DNA from: Candidatus Hydrogenedentota bacterium
GTDB lineage: Bacteria > Hydrogenedentota > Hydrogenedentia > Hydrogenedentales > SLHB01
Reading direction: 5' to 3'
DNA: 64,000 bases
Assembly (NCBI GenBank): GCA_963668025.2
Contig: CAXXTH010000010.1
Coordinates: 928,001 to 992,000 of the forward strand
Shown piece after piece: positions 49,759-59,196 of this stretch; the first letter of the stretch is position 1, and every line of letters begins with the position of its first letter. The notes beneath the pieces were generated by a model. It saw only the letters and a program-made list of their open reading frames with translations, searched no databases and was not told where the DNA came from. The position numbers were made by a program, and so were the translations under genes.

Positions 49759-50424
49759 ATGGATATGAGTGCATACCGCATATTTATAGATACCGCCAAT
49801 GTGGACGAGCTTCGTGCAGCCGTTAGCACGGGTTTGGTGAATGGCATCGCCACCAATCCACAGAAGATTATGGCCAGCGGCAAAACCTACCGGCAGGTCT
49901 TGGATGAAATCCGGCGTTTCTTTAGCGGCCCCATTGCGTTCCAAGCATTAGGCCATGATTTAGAGGATGTATGCCGCCATGCCCGTGAAATTCACGCCAT
50001 GGACCCGACGTTGGCGGTGAAAGTGGCGGCCAACGGTTTTGGCTTGACGGCCGTCAAGCGCTTGGTCGCCGAAGGCATCCGCACTAACGCGACCTTGATG
50101 TACAACCCCACCCAAGCCTTGATGGCTGGTTTGGCCGGTTCGCCGTTCATCAGTCCGTTTATTGGCCGCGCCCGTATGGTGGGCATGGACGGTATCGCCG
50201 CGATTCGTGAGATGCGCCAGCTTTTTGATGCTTGGAATATTAAGAACACCTGCATCATCGGCGCGAGCATCAAGGATGTCGAGCAAGTCATCCAAGTCAT
50301 TCTGGCGGGCGCGGACAGTGTTGCGATTCCGTATGCGGTGTTTGAAGCCATGCTGAACCACCCGATGACCACGAATGGATTAAACTCCTTCCTGGAAAAC
50401 TTCGAAGAAGTGAAGAAACGGTAG
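49759..50424 (+). CDS. Transaldolase/fructose-6-phosphate aldolase family (TalC/FSA) protein
   Basis: FIDTAN, TNP, Schiff-base AVK, TNATL, SPFIGR, ASIK, HPMT..G...F. Confidence 0.9.
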   Translation: MDMSAYRIFIDTANVDELRAAVSTGLVNGIATNPQKIMASGKTYRQVLDEIRRFFSGPIAFQALGHDLEDVCRHAREIHAMDPTLAVKVAANGFGLTAVKRLVAEGIRTNATLMYNPTQALMAGLAGSPFISPFIGRARMVGMDGIAAIREMRQLFDAWNIKNTCIIGASIKDVEQVIQVILAGADSVAIPYAVFEAMLNHPMTTNGLNSFLENFEEVKKR

Positions 50425-50574
50425 CCTAGTCAAATAAAGCCATGGGGAAACTCTTGATACGTCAAGAGTTATCCCCTTTTTCCTGTTATAGGATTGTTTT
50501 GAGCGTATCGGCGGCGGATGCGGGCCGTAACTGGCCCAAGCGAATAGTCGTTCGGTAACGGGAGGTAAAACCAT

Positions 50575-51693
50575 ATGAATGAAGCGCCAGCAGTGGTTTT
50601 CGGCGCAGGAAGCATCGGCCGGGGGTTGCTGGGACAATTATTGGCCGGAGCGCATCAGCCAATGCTATTTGTCGAACCCGTCGAGCTGTTGCGCGTAGCG
50701 CTATGCCAGGCAAAGTCTTATACCGTCCGGCTGACAGGACGTTGCCCGGAAACGTTCGCTGTAAACGGTTTTAACGTGGCAGGCCCGGATGATGTGGATA
50801 TGCTTAGGAACGCATTGGCTAAATGCCCATTCGCCGCGACGGCGGTGGGCGGTCCGCATTTGGCTTCCGTGGCGGGCATTCTGGCGCGGGCTTTTCCAGA
50901 ACGGGAAACGGCGCTTCCGTTGCTGCTTTGTGAGAACTGGCCGGACGCGGCGGGGGAGATGGCTCGGCATCTAGCAGCGAAAGGCATTACCGCCAGCCAA
51001 GCAACCTGTGTGGCGTCGTCCGTCGAGCGGATGCTGCGTCCGGGAGAAGGCCTGGAACTGGTCGGGGAGAGCTGTGAGACGCTCATTATTGATGGGCATG
51101 CCTGGCCTGGCGAACAGCCTCAAATCCCCGGTTTCCAGTTTGTCGAAGCCTTGGCCCCATATTACAAACGAAAACTATATACCAATAACGCTGGCCATGT
51201 GTTGCTTGCGTATGAAGGGGCGATGAAGGGATGCGCCACGCTTACGGAGGCGCTAGAATTTGCAGATATCGCGGCGCATTTACGCGAATTACTTGATGTT
51301 GCGGCGGCCGTATTGCACCGCCATTATGGGCTGGAGCCGGACCGCCTGGCGGAGCATGTAGCGAATCTACTGGCGTACCGGTATGCCAATCCGGAGCTGG
51401 GCGACACCGTGCAGCGCGTGGGCAGGCAGCCGTTGCGGAAGCTTGGCCCGGATGAGCGTTTGACGGGGCTGTTGCGGTTGGCGGAACAATATAGCTTGGA
51501 TATCGAGCCGATATGCCGCACCATGGCGGCCGCCATGCACTACCAGGATCCGGATGATGTGGAATGCGCGCGGTTGGCGGATATGATTAAGAGCGGCGGG
51601 CCGGGCGAAGTAATCGAGAAAGTATGTTTGCTTTCCCGGGAATCAAAGGCGTTTGGGCGAATTGTGGCATGGCATGCCCGATTGGGAGATTGA
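50575..51693 (+). CDS. Mannitol-1-phosphate 5-dehydrogenase (MtlD)-like polyol-phosphate dehydrogenase
   Basis: FGAGSIGRG, TAVG, CEN, RKLYTNNAGH, RVGRQPLRKLGPDERL. Confidence 0.85.
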   Translation: MNEAPAVVFGAGSIGRGLLGQLLAGAHQPMLFVEPVELLRVALCQAKSYTVRLTGRCPETFAVNGFNVAGPDDVDMLRNALAKCPFAATAVGGPHLASVAGILARAFPERETALPLLLCENWPDAAGEMARHLAAKGITASQATCVASSVERMLRPGEGLELVGESCETLIIDGHAWPGEQPQIPGFQFVEALAPYYKRKLYTNNAGHVLLAYEGAMKGCATLTEALEFADIAAHLRELLDVAAAVLHRHYGLEPDRLAEHVANLLAYRYANPELGDTVQRVGRQPLRKLGPDERLTGLLRLAEQYSLDIEPICRTMAAAMHYQDPDDVECARLADMIKSGGPGEVIEKVCLLSRESKAFGRIVAWHARLGD

Positions 51694-51696
51694 CAT

Positions 51697-52752
51697 ATGC
51701 GGCGAATGATATTGCGTGATGTGAAGCAGATGGCGTTTGAAGAAGTAGAGCGCCCGCACTGTCCTGAAGATGGGATGGTGCTGCAAATCAAGTCTTGTGC
51801 GGTATGCGCCACGGACGTGAAGATCTACAATTATGGCCACCAGCTCCTCAAGCTGCCCCGAGTGTTGGGCCATGAGGTGTCGGGCATACTCGATGCCGTG
51901 GGGCCTGCGGCGGAGGGGGGATTCCAGCCGGGACAGCGGGCGGCTGTTTGCGCTGTCATCAATTGCGGGCGGTGCGCGTATTGCTTGAGGGGCGCGCCGA
52001 GCATGTGCGAACAGCTCGAAGCGTTTGGCTACCACTACGATGGCGGTTATCAAGAATATATGGTGATACCAGCCAAGGCGATTCGGTGCGGCGGGGTGAA
52101 TGCGCTTTCGGATAAAGTGTCTTTTAACGAAGCGGCTATCGCGGAATTATTGGCCTGCGCGATCAACGGGCAAGGGTTGTCCAATTTCCGCATGGGCGAA
52201 TCCGTGCTGATCATCGGCTCGGGCCCGGTTGGATTGCTGCATGCGCAGCTCGCCCGTGTGCGTGGCGCGTCCAGCATTTGGATGGCGGACATCATGGAAG
52301 AAAAGCGGGCCATGGCCAAGCGTATTTTGGGCAATGCGCTCACGGGAACGCTGGATAACAGCCAGGAAGAAGCATTCCTGTCCGCAGTGCAGGAAGCGAG
52401 CGGCGGGCGCGGATTCGACCAAGTCATGCTGTGCTGCGGCGTGGGAGCCGTGCAGCGGATTTCGCTGCAATGCGTATCCAAAATGGGCTGTGTGAATTTC
52501 TTTGGCGGCCTGCCAAAAGGCAAGAGCATGGTGGAGCTTGACACGAATCAAGTCCACTACAAACAATGCCGGATCGTGGGCACGCATGGCTCCTCGGCCC
52601 TCGAGAACCGCCAGGCGCTCGAGCTCATTGAGCACGGCCTGATTGATGTGAAGCCGCTGGTGACCCATACGATTCCATTAGAGCAATTGGAAGATGCATT
52701 GCAGCTTAACGAGGCCAATACCCAGCGGTTGAAATGCGTCGTGCAGTTCTAG
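51697..52752 (+). CDS. Zn-dependent alcohol dehydrogenase (sorbitol/threonine dehydrogenase-like)
   Basis: CATD, GHE, CGRCAYC...C structural Zn site, GSGPVG. Confidence 0.9.
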   Translation: MRRMILRDVKQMAFEEVERPHCPEDGMVLQIKSCAVCATDVKIYNYGHQLLKLPRVLGHEVSGILDAVGPAAEGGFQPGQRAAVCAVINCGRCAYCLRGAPSMCEQLEAFGYHYDGGYQEYMVIPAKAIRCGGVNALSDKVSFNEAAIAELLACAINGQGLSNFRMGESVLIIGSGPVGLLHAQLARVRGASSIWMADIMEEKRAMAKRILGNALTGTLDNSQEEAFLSAVQEASGGRGFDQVMLCCGVGAVQRISLQCVSKMGCVNFFGGLPKGKSMVELDTNQVHYKQCRIVGTHGSSALENRQALELIEHGLIDVKPLVTHTIPLEQLEDALQLNEANTQRLKCVVQF

Positions 52753-52833
52753 ATACTAGGATTAATACGCAGCATGCCCAGCAGGAGTGTGCTGTTCTAA
52801 AAAAGAGGCAAGAATAGAATCTAGGAGAGATCG

Positions 52834-54045
52834 ATGCGACGATGTGTGTTCGGATTGCTCATAATGTGTTGCCTATTCACGGCGGTGGAATGCAAGGCGG
52901 AGCCTGCATTTGGTGTTTTCCAGTCTGGCGACCGGTATGCGATCATCGGTGATTCCATCACGGAACAAACTATGTACAGCCGGATGGCGGAAGTGTATCT
53001 GCGCTTGGCGGCGCCGGATAAGTTTGACCTGCATATTATGCAATATGGCTGGGGCGGCGAAACGTCCACGGGTTTCCTGGTGCGAATGGATGATGATCTA
53101 AGCGTATTCAATCCCACGGTGGTAAGCATTTGCTTTGGGATGAATGACGGTGGATATGTGCCATACCGGGATGAAATTGGCGCGCGCTACCGGGAAAGCA
53201 TGAAAGGCATTATTCAACACTGCAAAGCCATGGGCGTCCGCGAAATCGTGGTCATGTCGCCGGGCATCGTAGATCAGATTTATGTAAAGCCAGATTTGAC
53301 TTGGGAGAAATACAACGAGAATCTGCATGCCCTGCGGGATGTCGCGGAATCGGTCGCGAAAGAAGAGCAAGTTAAGTTCGCGGATGTATTTACCGCCATG
53401 CATACGGCGCTGGAAGCGGGCAAGCAGCATTACGGCTCCGCTTTCCATATGACCTATGACGGCATCCATCCCAAGGAAAACGGCCACATGATCATGGCGT
53501 GGCAGTTGCTCAAGGCGCTGGGCATGAAGGGCGACCTGGGCGCGGTCGAACTGGGTGAAGGTAATGTAGCGAAGGTTGACACGCGCCATTGGCCCATTTG
53601 CTTCTGGGGCGATCCCGCGACACCCGATTGTCCCGAGAACATTCTGCCGTTGATACCCTTTCAGTCTGAACTAAACCGGTTTGTTTTGCGTGGAGCCGTG
53701 GATGGTCCGGCCACGGTGCGCTGGGGTCAATGGGAATATGCCGCGAAAGCGGGTGAGTTGCGCCAAGGGATCAATCTTGCGGACGTTTTCCCGCGCAATC
53801 CGTTCACGGAGTCCTTCCAGAAGTTCAACGACTTGGTTCGCCAGAAACAGCAAACAGATATTGCCTTGATCAAAAACGTCTTTCATGGCTGCCGCCAAAT
53901 AAAAGATCTTGCGCCTGACGACAAGAAATTGGGTGAAGCGGTGAAATGCATCAATAATTCGATTAAGGATGTGCAGCAGAAAAGCGAACAGAAAGTCATA
54001 GACGCCATTACGCCGGTTGTGTCCGAGGTATCCGTGACTATGTAA
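52834..54045 (+). CDS. SGNH/GDSL esterase, secreted
   Basis: Signal peptide; GDSITE, GWGG, FGMND, DGIHP. Confidence 0.88.
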   Translation: MRRCVFGLLIMCCLFTAVECKAEPAFGVFQSGDRYAIIGDSITEQTMYSRMAEVYLRLAAPDKFDLHIMQYGWGGETSTGFLVRMDDDLSVFNPTVVSICFGMNDGGYVPYRDEIGARYRESMKGIIQHCKAMGVREIVVMSPGIVDQIYVKPDLTWEKYNENLHALRDVAESVAKEEQVKFADVFTAMHTALEAGKQHYGSAFHMTYDGIHPKENGHMIMAWQLLKALGMKGDLGAVELGEGNVAKVDTRHWPICFWGDPATPDCPENILPLIPFQSELNRFVLRGAVDGPATVRWGQWEYAAKAGELRQGINLADVFPRNPFTESFQKFNDLVRQKQQTDIALIKNVFHGCRQIKDLAPDDKKLGEAVKCINNSIKDVQQKSEQKVIDAITPVVSEVSVTM

Positions 54046-54088
54046 GTGCTGTGTAAGCCAAGGCGAGAGTTAGCGCGTAATGATTGTA

Positions 54089-54135
54089 CGAGAAAGCCGG
54101 AAGGGCGCATATAACGCGTCTTTTCGGCTTTCTCG
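54089..54135. terminator. Long stem-loop between the SGNH paralogs
   Basis: CGAGAAAGCCGGAAGGGCG...CGTCTTTTCGGCTTTCTCG (with G-U pairs). Confidence 0.5.
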
Positions 54136-54315
54136 ATATATAGGAAAATCATATGCCGCGGCTATTTTGATTTCCTTTGGATTCCGTGATAAATCTTCGC
54201 AAGCTCATCACATGAAGAAATGATGGAGCCTGATCCTGTCGGGGATAGATCAAGAAAACAACGGATGATGCGATAGTAGTGTGTGGTCAGTTCATCAAGA
54301 ATAGAGAGGTAACAT

Positions 54316-55461
54316 ATGTTTGGAGTATTCAAGCCTGGTGACCGGTATGCGATCATCGGCGATTCCATCACGGAACAAACCATGTATAGCCGGATGGCGG
54401 AAGCCTATCTGCGCCTGGCGGCTCCGGACGCATTTGATCTGCATATTATGCAATACGGCTGGAGCGGCGAAACGGCCACGGGTTTTCTCGCGCGCATGGA
54501 TGCCGATCTCGGCGTGTTCAAACCCACGGTGGCCAGCATTTGCTTCGGGATGAATGACGGGGCGTATGAGCCCTACCGGGATGAACTGGGCGCGTGTTAC
54601 CGCAAGAGCATGAAACGCGTCATTCAACATTGCAGAGCCATGGGTGTCCGCGAAATCGTGGTTATGTCACCGGGCATCGTAGACCAGCTCTTTGTGCGGT
54701 CGAATATCACGTGGGAGCAATACAACGAGAATCTCCACGTTATGCGGGATATCGCGGAATCCGTCGCAAAGGAAGAGCAAGTGGCGTTCGCGGATGTGTA
54801 TACCGCCATGCGCACGGCGCTTGAAGCGGGAAAACAGCATTATGGCCCTGGATTCCATCTGACATTTGACGGCATACATCCCAAGGAAAACGGGCATTTG
54901 CTTATGGCGTGGCTGTTGCTCAAAGCCCTGGGCATGAAGGGCGATGTGGGCGCATCTGAGCTGGGCGAAGGCAACACGGTGAAGGTCGATACACGGCACT
55001 GGCCGGTGTGTTTTTCTGGCGATCCCGCGGTACCTGACTATCCCGAAAATATGTTGCCGTTGATCCCGTTTCAATCGGAGCTAAACCGGTTCATCTTACG
55101 AGGAGCCGTGGATGGCCCGGCCATGGTGCGCTGGGGCGAATGGGAATATGCCGCGAAAGCAGGGGAGCTGCGCCGTGGAATCAACCTTGCGGATGCCTTC
55201 CCACGCAATCCGTTCACGGAGTCCTTCCAGAAGTTCAGCCAAATCGTCTGCGAGAAGCAGCTCATGGATCTGGGGTTAATCAAAGGCGTATTGCATGGCT
55301 GCCGCCAGATGGAAGCGTTTTTACCTGATAATCAGAAACTGCATGAAGCCGTCAAATGCGTCTATGACTCGATAAACGAAGCACACTTGAAAAGCGAGCA
55401 AAGAGTGCTGGATGCTATGAGTACAATTCAATCCGAAGTGAGTGTGCATCCGTCTGCATAA
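54316..55461 (+). CDS. SGNH/GDSL esterase, tandem paralog lacking a signal peptide
   Basis: Same GDSITE/FGMND/DGIHP motifs; begins MFGVFKPGDRY after a GAGAGG RBS. Confidence 0.88.
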   Translation: MFGVFKPGDRYAIIGDSITEQTMYSRMAEAYLRLAAPDAFDLHIMQYGWSGETATGFLARMDADLGVFKPTVASICFGMNDGAYEPYRDELGACYRKSMKRVIQHCRAMGVREIVVMSPGIVDQLFVRSNITWEQYNENLHVMRDIAESVAKEEQVAFADVYTAMRTALEAGKQHYGPGFHLTFDGIHPKENGHLLMAWLLLKALGMKGDVGASELGEGNTVKVDTRHWPVCFSGDPAVPDYPENMLPLIPFQSELNRFILRGAVDGPAMVRWGEWEYAAKAGELRRGINLADAFPRNPFTESFQKFSQIVCEKQLMDLGLIKGVLHGCRQMEAFLPDNQKLHEAVKCVYDSINEAHLKSEQRVLDAMSTIQSEVSVHPSA

Positions 55462-55556
55462 AGACCATTTGCCAAGCCTTATAGCGAAATATAGCGAAAT
55501 AATATTTGAAAAGCAGTTCGGCATATGCTAAAGTGCATCCCCGCTAGACGCGATGC

Positions 55557-55633
55557 GTACCCGTAGCTCAATTGGATAGAGTGCTTGGCTACGGACCAAG
55601 AGGTTGGGGGTTCGAGCCCCTCCGGGTACGCCA
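55557..55633 (+). tRNA. tRNA-Arg (anticodon ACG)
   Basis: Acceptor GTACCCG/CGGGTAC, D-arm GCTC..GAGT, anticodon stem CTTGG/CCAAG with loop CTACGGA, T-loop TTCGAGC, encoded CCA; 77 nt. Confidence 0.97.
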
Positions 55634-55644
55634 TATAAAACACT

Positions 55645-55685
55645 AAGCCTCAAGGACTTACGCAAGTCGCTCCTTGAGGCTTTTT
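55645..55685 (+). terminator. Terminator-like hairpin after the tRNA
   Basis: AAGCCTCAAGGA...TCCTTGAGGCTT followed by T-run. Confidence 0.65.
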
Positions 55686-55885
55686 CTTTGGTTCCACTTT
55701 TGTATCCCGCCTGTATCCCGGGGGGCTTCTTTTTAGGCCGTTTCGGCGCTGCATGGCCGGGCAGTGATGACGGGCTGTTTGGTGATGGCCAGCATGGGCG
55801 TGGCGGGACAATTCGGGCGGGCTCGAACTGTCCTGGATTCCCGGAGCAATCCCGTAATCGTGAAAATTTTTATGATTAGCAGTCG

Positions 55886-56191
55886 TTATACTTCCGCAAT
55901 GACTCCGTCGTCTGATACCTCGAACAACGCCATACCCTGCCGTCCGGCTTTATCCGCCCCGTGCAGATACACCCGCAGCCCTTTTTCCGTGGGCCTCGTG
56001 CATATGGCGAAGACTCGAGTCCAGTTGTATCGACACTGAGCCACGGTGGACGCGGCATAAGCGCACTCAGGTATGTTGGATGAGGATGGCATTGTGAAGA
56101 GGCAGGACTGCGTTCGATGCGAGAATCGTGCAGGTGCGGACTTACCGGTAGGACAGCCACGTAGGACCGTAGAAACGAGCCATGTCCCCAT
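55886..56191 (-). CDS. Hypothetical protein or gene remnant
   Basis: 101-aa ORF whose ATG overlaps the hsdR stop (TGATG); no recognised motif. Confidence 0.3.
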   Translation of the reverse strand: MGTWLVSTVLRGCPTGKSAPARFSHRTQSCLFTMPSSSNIPECAYAASTVAQCRYNWTRVFAICTRPTEKGLRVYLHGADKAGRQGMALFEVSDDGVIAEV

Positions 56192-59100
56192 CAGTCATTA
56201 ACGGCTTTGGCGTCCTCTCTAATCTTTTCATAGACTTCTTTGAGGAGATGCTGGCTAACGACCTCTCGGAACCGATCCTCGTTCATGAATTTGGCGGTGA
56301 TATCCTCGTTCTGGTCCATCCGGTCGATGAAGAGACCTTCCAGCGCTTTGCGGAAGACGTAACCGAAGTTCTCCATCGTGTTGGCGATCGCTGCCTGGCG
56401 AAGGGTGTGGTCCGCGATAGCGTCTTCGCGGATCGACTCGAAGAACAACTGGTCACCCGGGCGAAAGTCCGTGCCCAAGCGCTCGTTTAAAATGTCGATA
56501 AGCCTGGAGAGCTCGATGTCATCGCCGCGCGCTACACCCGTGCCAACGGATGTGGGACCGGAGACCGGTTCTTGTTCGCCGGGTTGAAGCTGAATCGAGC
56601 CCTCGCCGATTTTCTGGAGGCGATAGTATTTCAGAGCCACATCGTCATCGAAATTGTAGATCGGCCCCCGGTCGCCTCTTGGCAGCTTGTTCAGGAGGAA
56701 CCGGATATAAGAGTAGTGTTTCTCCAGGTCCGTATCTTGGAACGGGATTACCTGCGACATGAATGAATACAGGTTCCGGTACGCAACGAGCGTTTTGCGG
56801 AACTCTTCCCGGACATCCTCGTCCAGCGCGTTGAATCGTCCCACGGCGGGGTCGATGCAGGCGTTCATCCGGGCATGGTCCGCAGGCGTCTGTGTGCGCT
56901 TCGGTTTATAGAAGACCTTGCAGAACTCTTCGACTTCCGCCTTGAAGTAGACCTGATGGCCGTCGAGCTTGGCCTGCAGTTCATAGAGTTGCTGGGCCTC
57001 GGCACGCTCGCCGATTGTGGTCTGCTCGTAGAACGGCTGGAACGCCTTGAGTATCTCCTCCGGCTCGTTCACGAAGTCCAGCACGAAGGTGTCCTCCTTG
57101 CCGGGATGGGTCCGGTTGAGGCGCGAGAGCGTTTGCACCGCTTGGATGTCAGCCAGCCGCTTGTCAACATACATCGTATGCAGCAAAGGTTGATCGAAAC
57201 CGGTTTGATACTTCTCGGCCACGAGCAGCACCTGGTACTCGTCTGACCCGAACCGTTCGGGCAGTTCCTTCTCCCGAATGCCGCCGTTCATCCCGACTTC
57301 CGTGTATTCGACGTTCGTCGCGTCCGGGTCGGTAACCGTTCCCGAGAAAGCCACGAGCGTCTTGATGCCTGTATATCCCTTTTCGGCGATATACTTGTCG
57401 AACGCCTGTTTGTACCTGACCGCATGCAGGCGGCTTGAGGTCACCACCATGGCCTTGGCCTTCCCGCCGATCTTGTGCATGGTGAAGTGGCGGAAATGCT
57501 CGACCATGACCTCGGTCTTTTGCGCGATATTGTGCGGGTGCAGGCTCATGAACCGCGCCAAGGCCCGCGCCGCCTTGCGTTTGTCCACCTTCGGATCGTC
57601 TTCGATAGACTTGATGAGCCGGTAGTAGGTTTTGTACGTCGTGTAGTTCCGAAGGACATCGAGGATGAACCCCTCCTCAATGGCCTGCCGCATACTGTAG
57701 AGATGGAAGGGAGCGGGCTTCCCGACCGGGCCAGGCTGGCCAAACACTTCCAGCGTCTTGTACTTGGGCGTGGCCGTAAAGGCGAAAAACGAGATGTTGG
57801 GCTGGCGGCCGCGCTTCAGCATGGTTTTGAGGATCTCTTCCTCGTAGTCGGTCAACCCCTGCTCGGCGGCATATTTCGCGGCTTCTTCCTTGACGATCGG
57901 CGAACCCAACACCCCCTTGAGTTCGGTGGCGGTCTCGCCGCCCTGGGAACTGTGGGCCTCGTCCACGATGACCGCATACTTGTGTTTGGGCAGGTCGCCG
58001 ATCTTCTCGGTCACGAAGGGGAACTTCTGCAAGGTGGTGATGACGATGGGAACACCCGTGGCGAGGGACTCCGCTAGTTGCGCCGAGTCGATATCGATCT
58101 TCTGCACCACGCCTTGTTTGTGCTCGAATTGGTAGATGGTGTTCTGAAGCTGCTGGTCGAGGACCACCCGGTCGGTCACCACAATGACCGAGTCGAAGAC
58201 CTTCTCATCGTTGTCGTCGTATAGGGTGGCCAGCCGGTGCGCCAGCCACGCGATGGAGTTGGATTTCCCGCTTCCCGCCGAGTGTTGGACGAGGTAGTTG
58301 GTCCCCGTGCCCTGGCTGTGCGCATCCGCCACCAACTGGCGCACGCAATCCAATTGGTGGTAGCGGGGGAAGATCATCGTCGCCTTCTTGACTTTCTTGC
58401 CGCCCAGCGTCTTGTCTTCAACCTGCAGGTGGACAAAACGCGCCAGGATGTCCAGAAGACTATGCCGCTTCAACACCTCTTCCCACAGATAGGCTGTCTT
58501 GTATCCGTCCCTATTATCAAGATTCCCGCCGCCGCCATTGCAGCCCTTGTTGAAAGGCAGGAAATAGGTCTTGCCCCCCGACAGGCGCGTGGTCATATAG
58601 ACCTCGTCCGTGTCCACGGCGAAATGCACCAGTGTTCGCCGCTTGAATTCGAAGATCAGTTCCGATGGATCCCGGTCGTTCTTGTACTGCGCCACCGCGT
58701 GCCGCCAGGTCTGGGCGGTCATGGGGTTCTTCAGTTCCGCCGTCGCCACCGGTATGCCGTTGAGCGCCAGCGTCACGTCGAGCGTGTTGCCATTCTTGGC
58801 CGAGTAGCGGAGCTGGCGCGTGATGGTGAGCCGGTTCGACTCATATCGCATGTTCGTTTCGGGATTCATCCCGCTCGCCGGGGCGAAGTACGCCACACGA
58901 AACAGCTTGCCGAAGCACTTGAACCCGTGCCGCAACACCGACAGGCAGCCCTCGTGTTCCGAGTTGAGCGCGCGGCACAAGTCGTCGAGCAACGTCTCCT
59001 CAGTCTTATTCTTCTGGATATTCGCCAGGTACTCCCACTCGTTGGGCTGGGTTTTCTGGATAAACGCGAGCACGCCGGCAGGGAACAGGCCCCGTTCCAG

Positions 59101-59196
59101 ATCGAACGCCTCCCGGTCGCCCTTCTCGTAGCCGCCCACCGTCGTCAGATGGTGTTCAATAGCGGTTTCAAAGGCGTATTCGGAATGATTTTTCAT
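56191..59196 (-). CDS. hsdR: Type I restriction enzyme, restriction subunit
   Basis: LD...ALNGIPVATAELKN nuclease motif, PRYHQ, QHSAGSGKS, VDEAHSSQ, FTATP, KYQTGFDQP, QTLSRLNR; start MKNHSE. Confidence 0.96.
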   Translation of the reverse strand: MKNHSEYAFETAIEHHLTTVGGYEKGDREAFDLERGLFPAGVLAFIQKTQPNEWEYLANIQKNKTEETLLDDLCRALNSEHEGCLSVLRHGFKCFGKLFRVAYFAPASGMNPETNMRYESNRLTITRQLRYSAKNGNTLDVTLALNGIPVATAELKNPMTAQTWRHAVAQYKNDRDPSELIFEFKRRTLVHFAVDTDEVYMTTRLSGGKTYFLPFNKGCNGGGGNLDNRDGYKTAYLWEEVLKRHSLLDILARFVHLQVEDKTLGGKKVKKATMIFPRYHQLDCVRQLVADAHSQGTGTNYLVQHSAGSGKSNSIAWLAHRLATLYDDNDEKVFDSVIVVTDRVVLDQQLQNTIYQFEHKQGVVQKIDIDSAQLAESLATGVPIVITTLQKFPFVTEKIGDLPKHKYAVIVDEAHSSQGGETATELKGVLGSPIVKEEAAKYAAEQGLTDYEEEILKTMLKRGRQPNISFFAFTATPKYKTLEVFGQPGPVGKPAPFHLYSMRQAIEEGFILDVLRNYTTYKTYYRLIKSIEDDPKVDKRKAARALARFMSLHPHNIAQKTEVMVEHFRHFTMHKIGGKAKAMVVTSSRLHAVRYKQAFDKYIAEKGYTGIKTLVAFSGTVTDPDATNVEYTEVGMNGGIREKELPERFGSDEYQVLLVAEKYQTGFDQPLLHTMYVDKRLADIQAVQTLSRLNRTHPGKEDTFVLDFVNEPEEILKAFQPFYEQTTIGERAEAQQLYELQAKLDGHQVYFKAEVEEFCKVFYKPKRTQTPADHARMNACIDPAVGRFNALDEDVREEFRKTLVAYRNLYSFMSQVIPFQDTDLEKHYSYIRFLLNKLPRGDRGPIYNFDDDVALKYYRLQKIGEGSIQLQPGEQEPVSGPTSVGTGVARGDDIELSRLIDILNERLGTDFRPGDQLFFESIREDAIADHTLRQAAIANTMENFGYVFRKALEGLFIDRMDQNEDITAKFMNEDRFREVVSQHLLKEVYEKIREDAKAVND

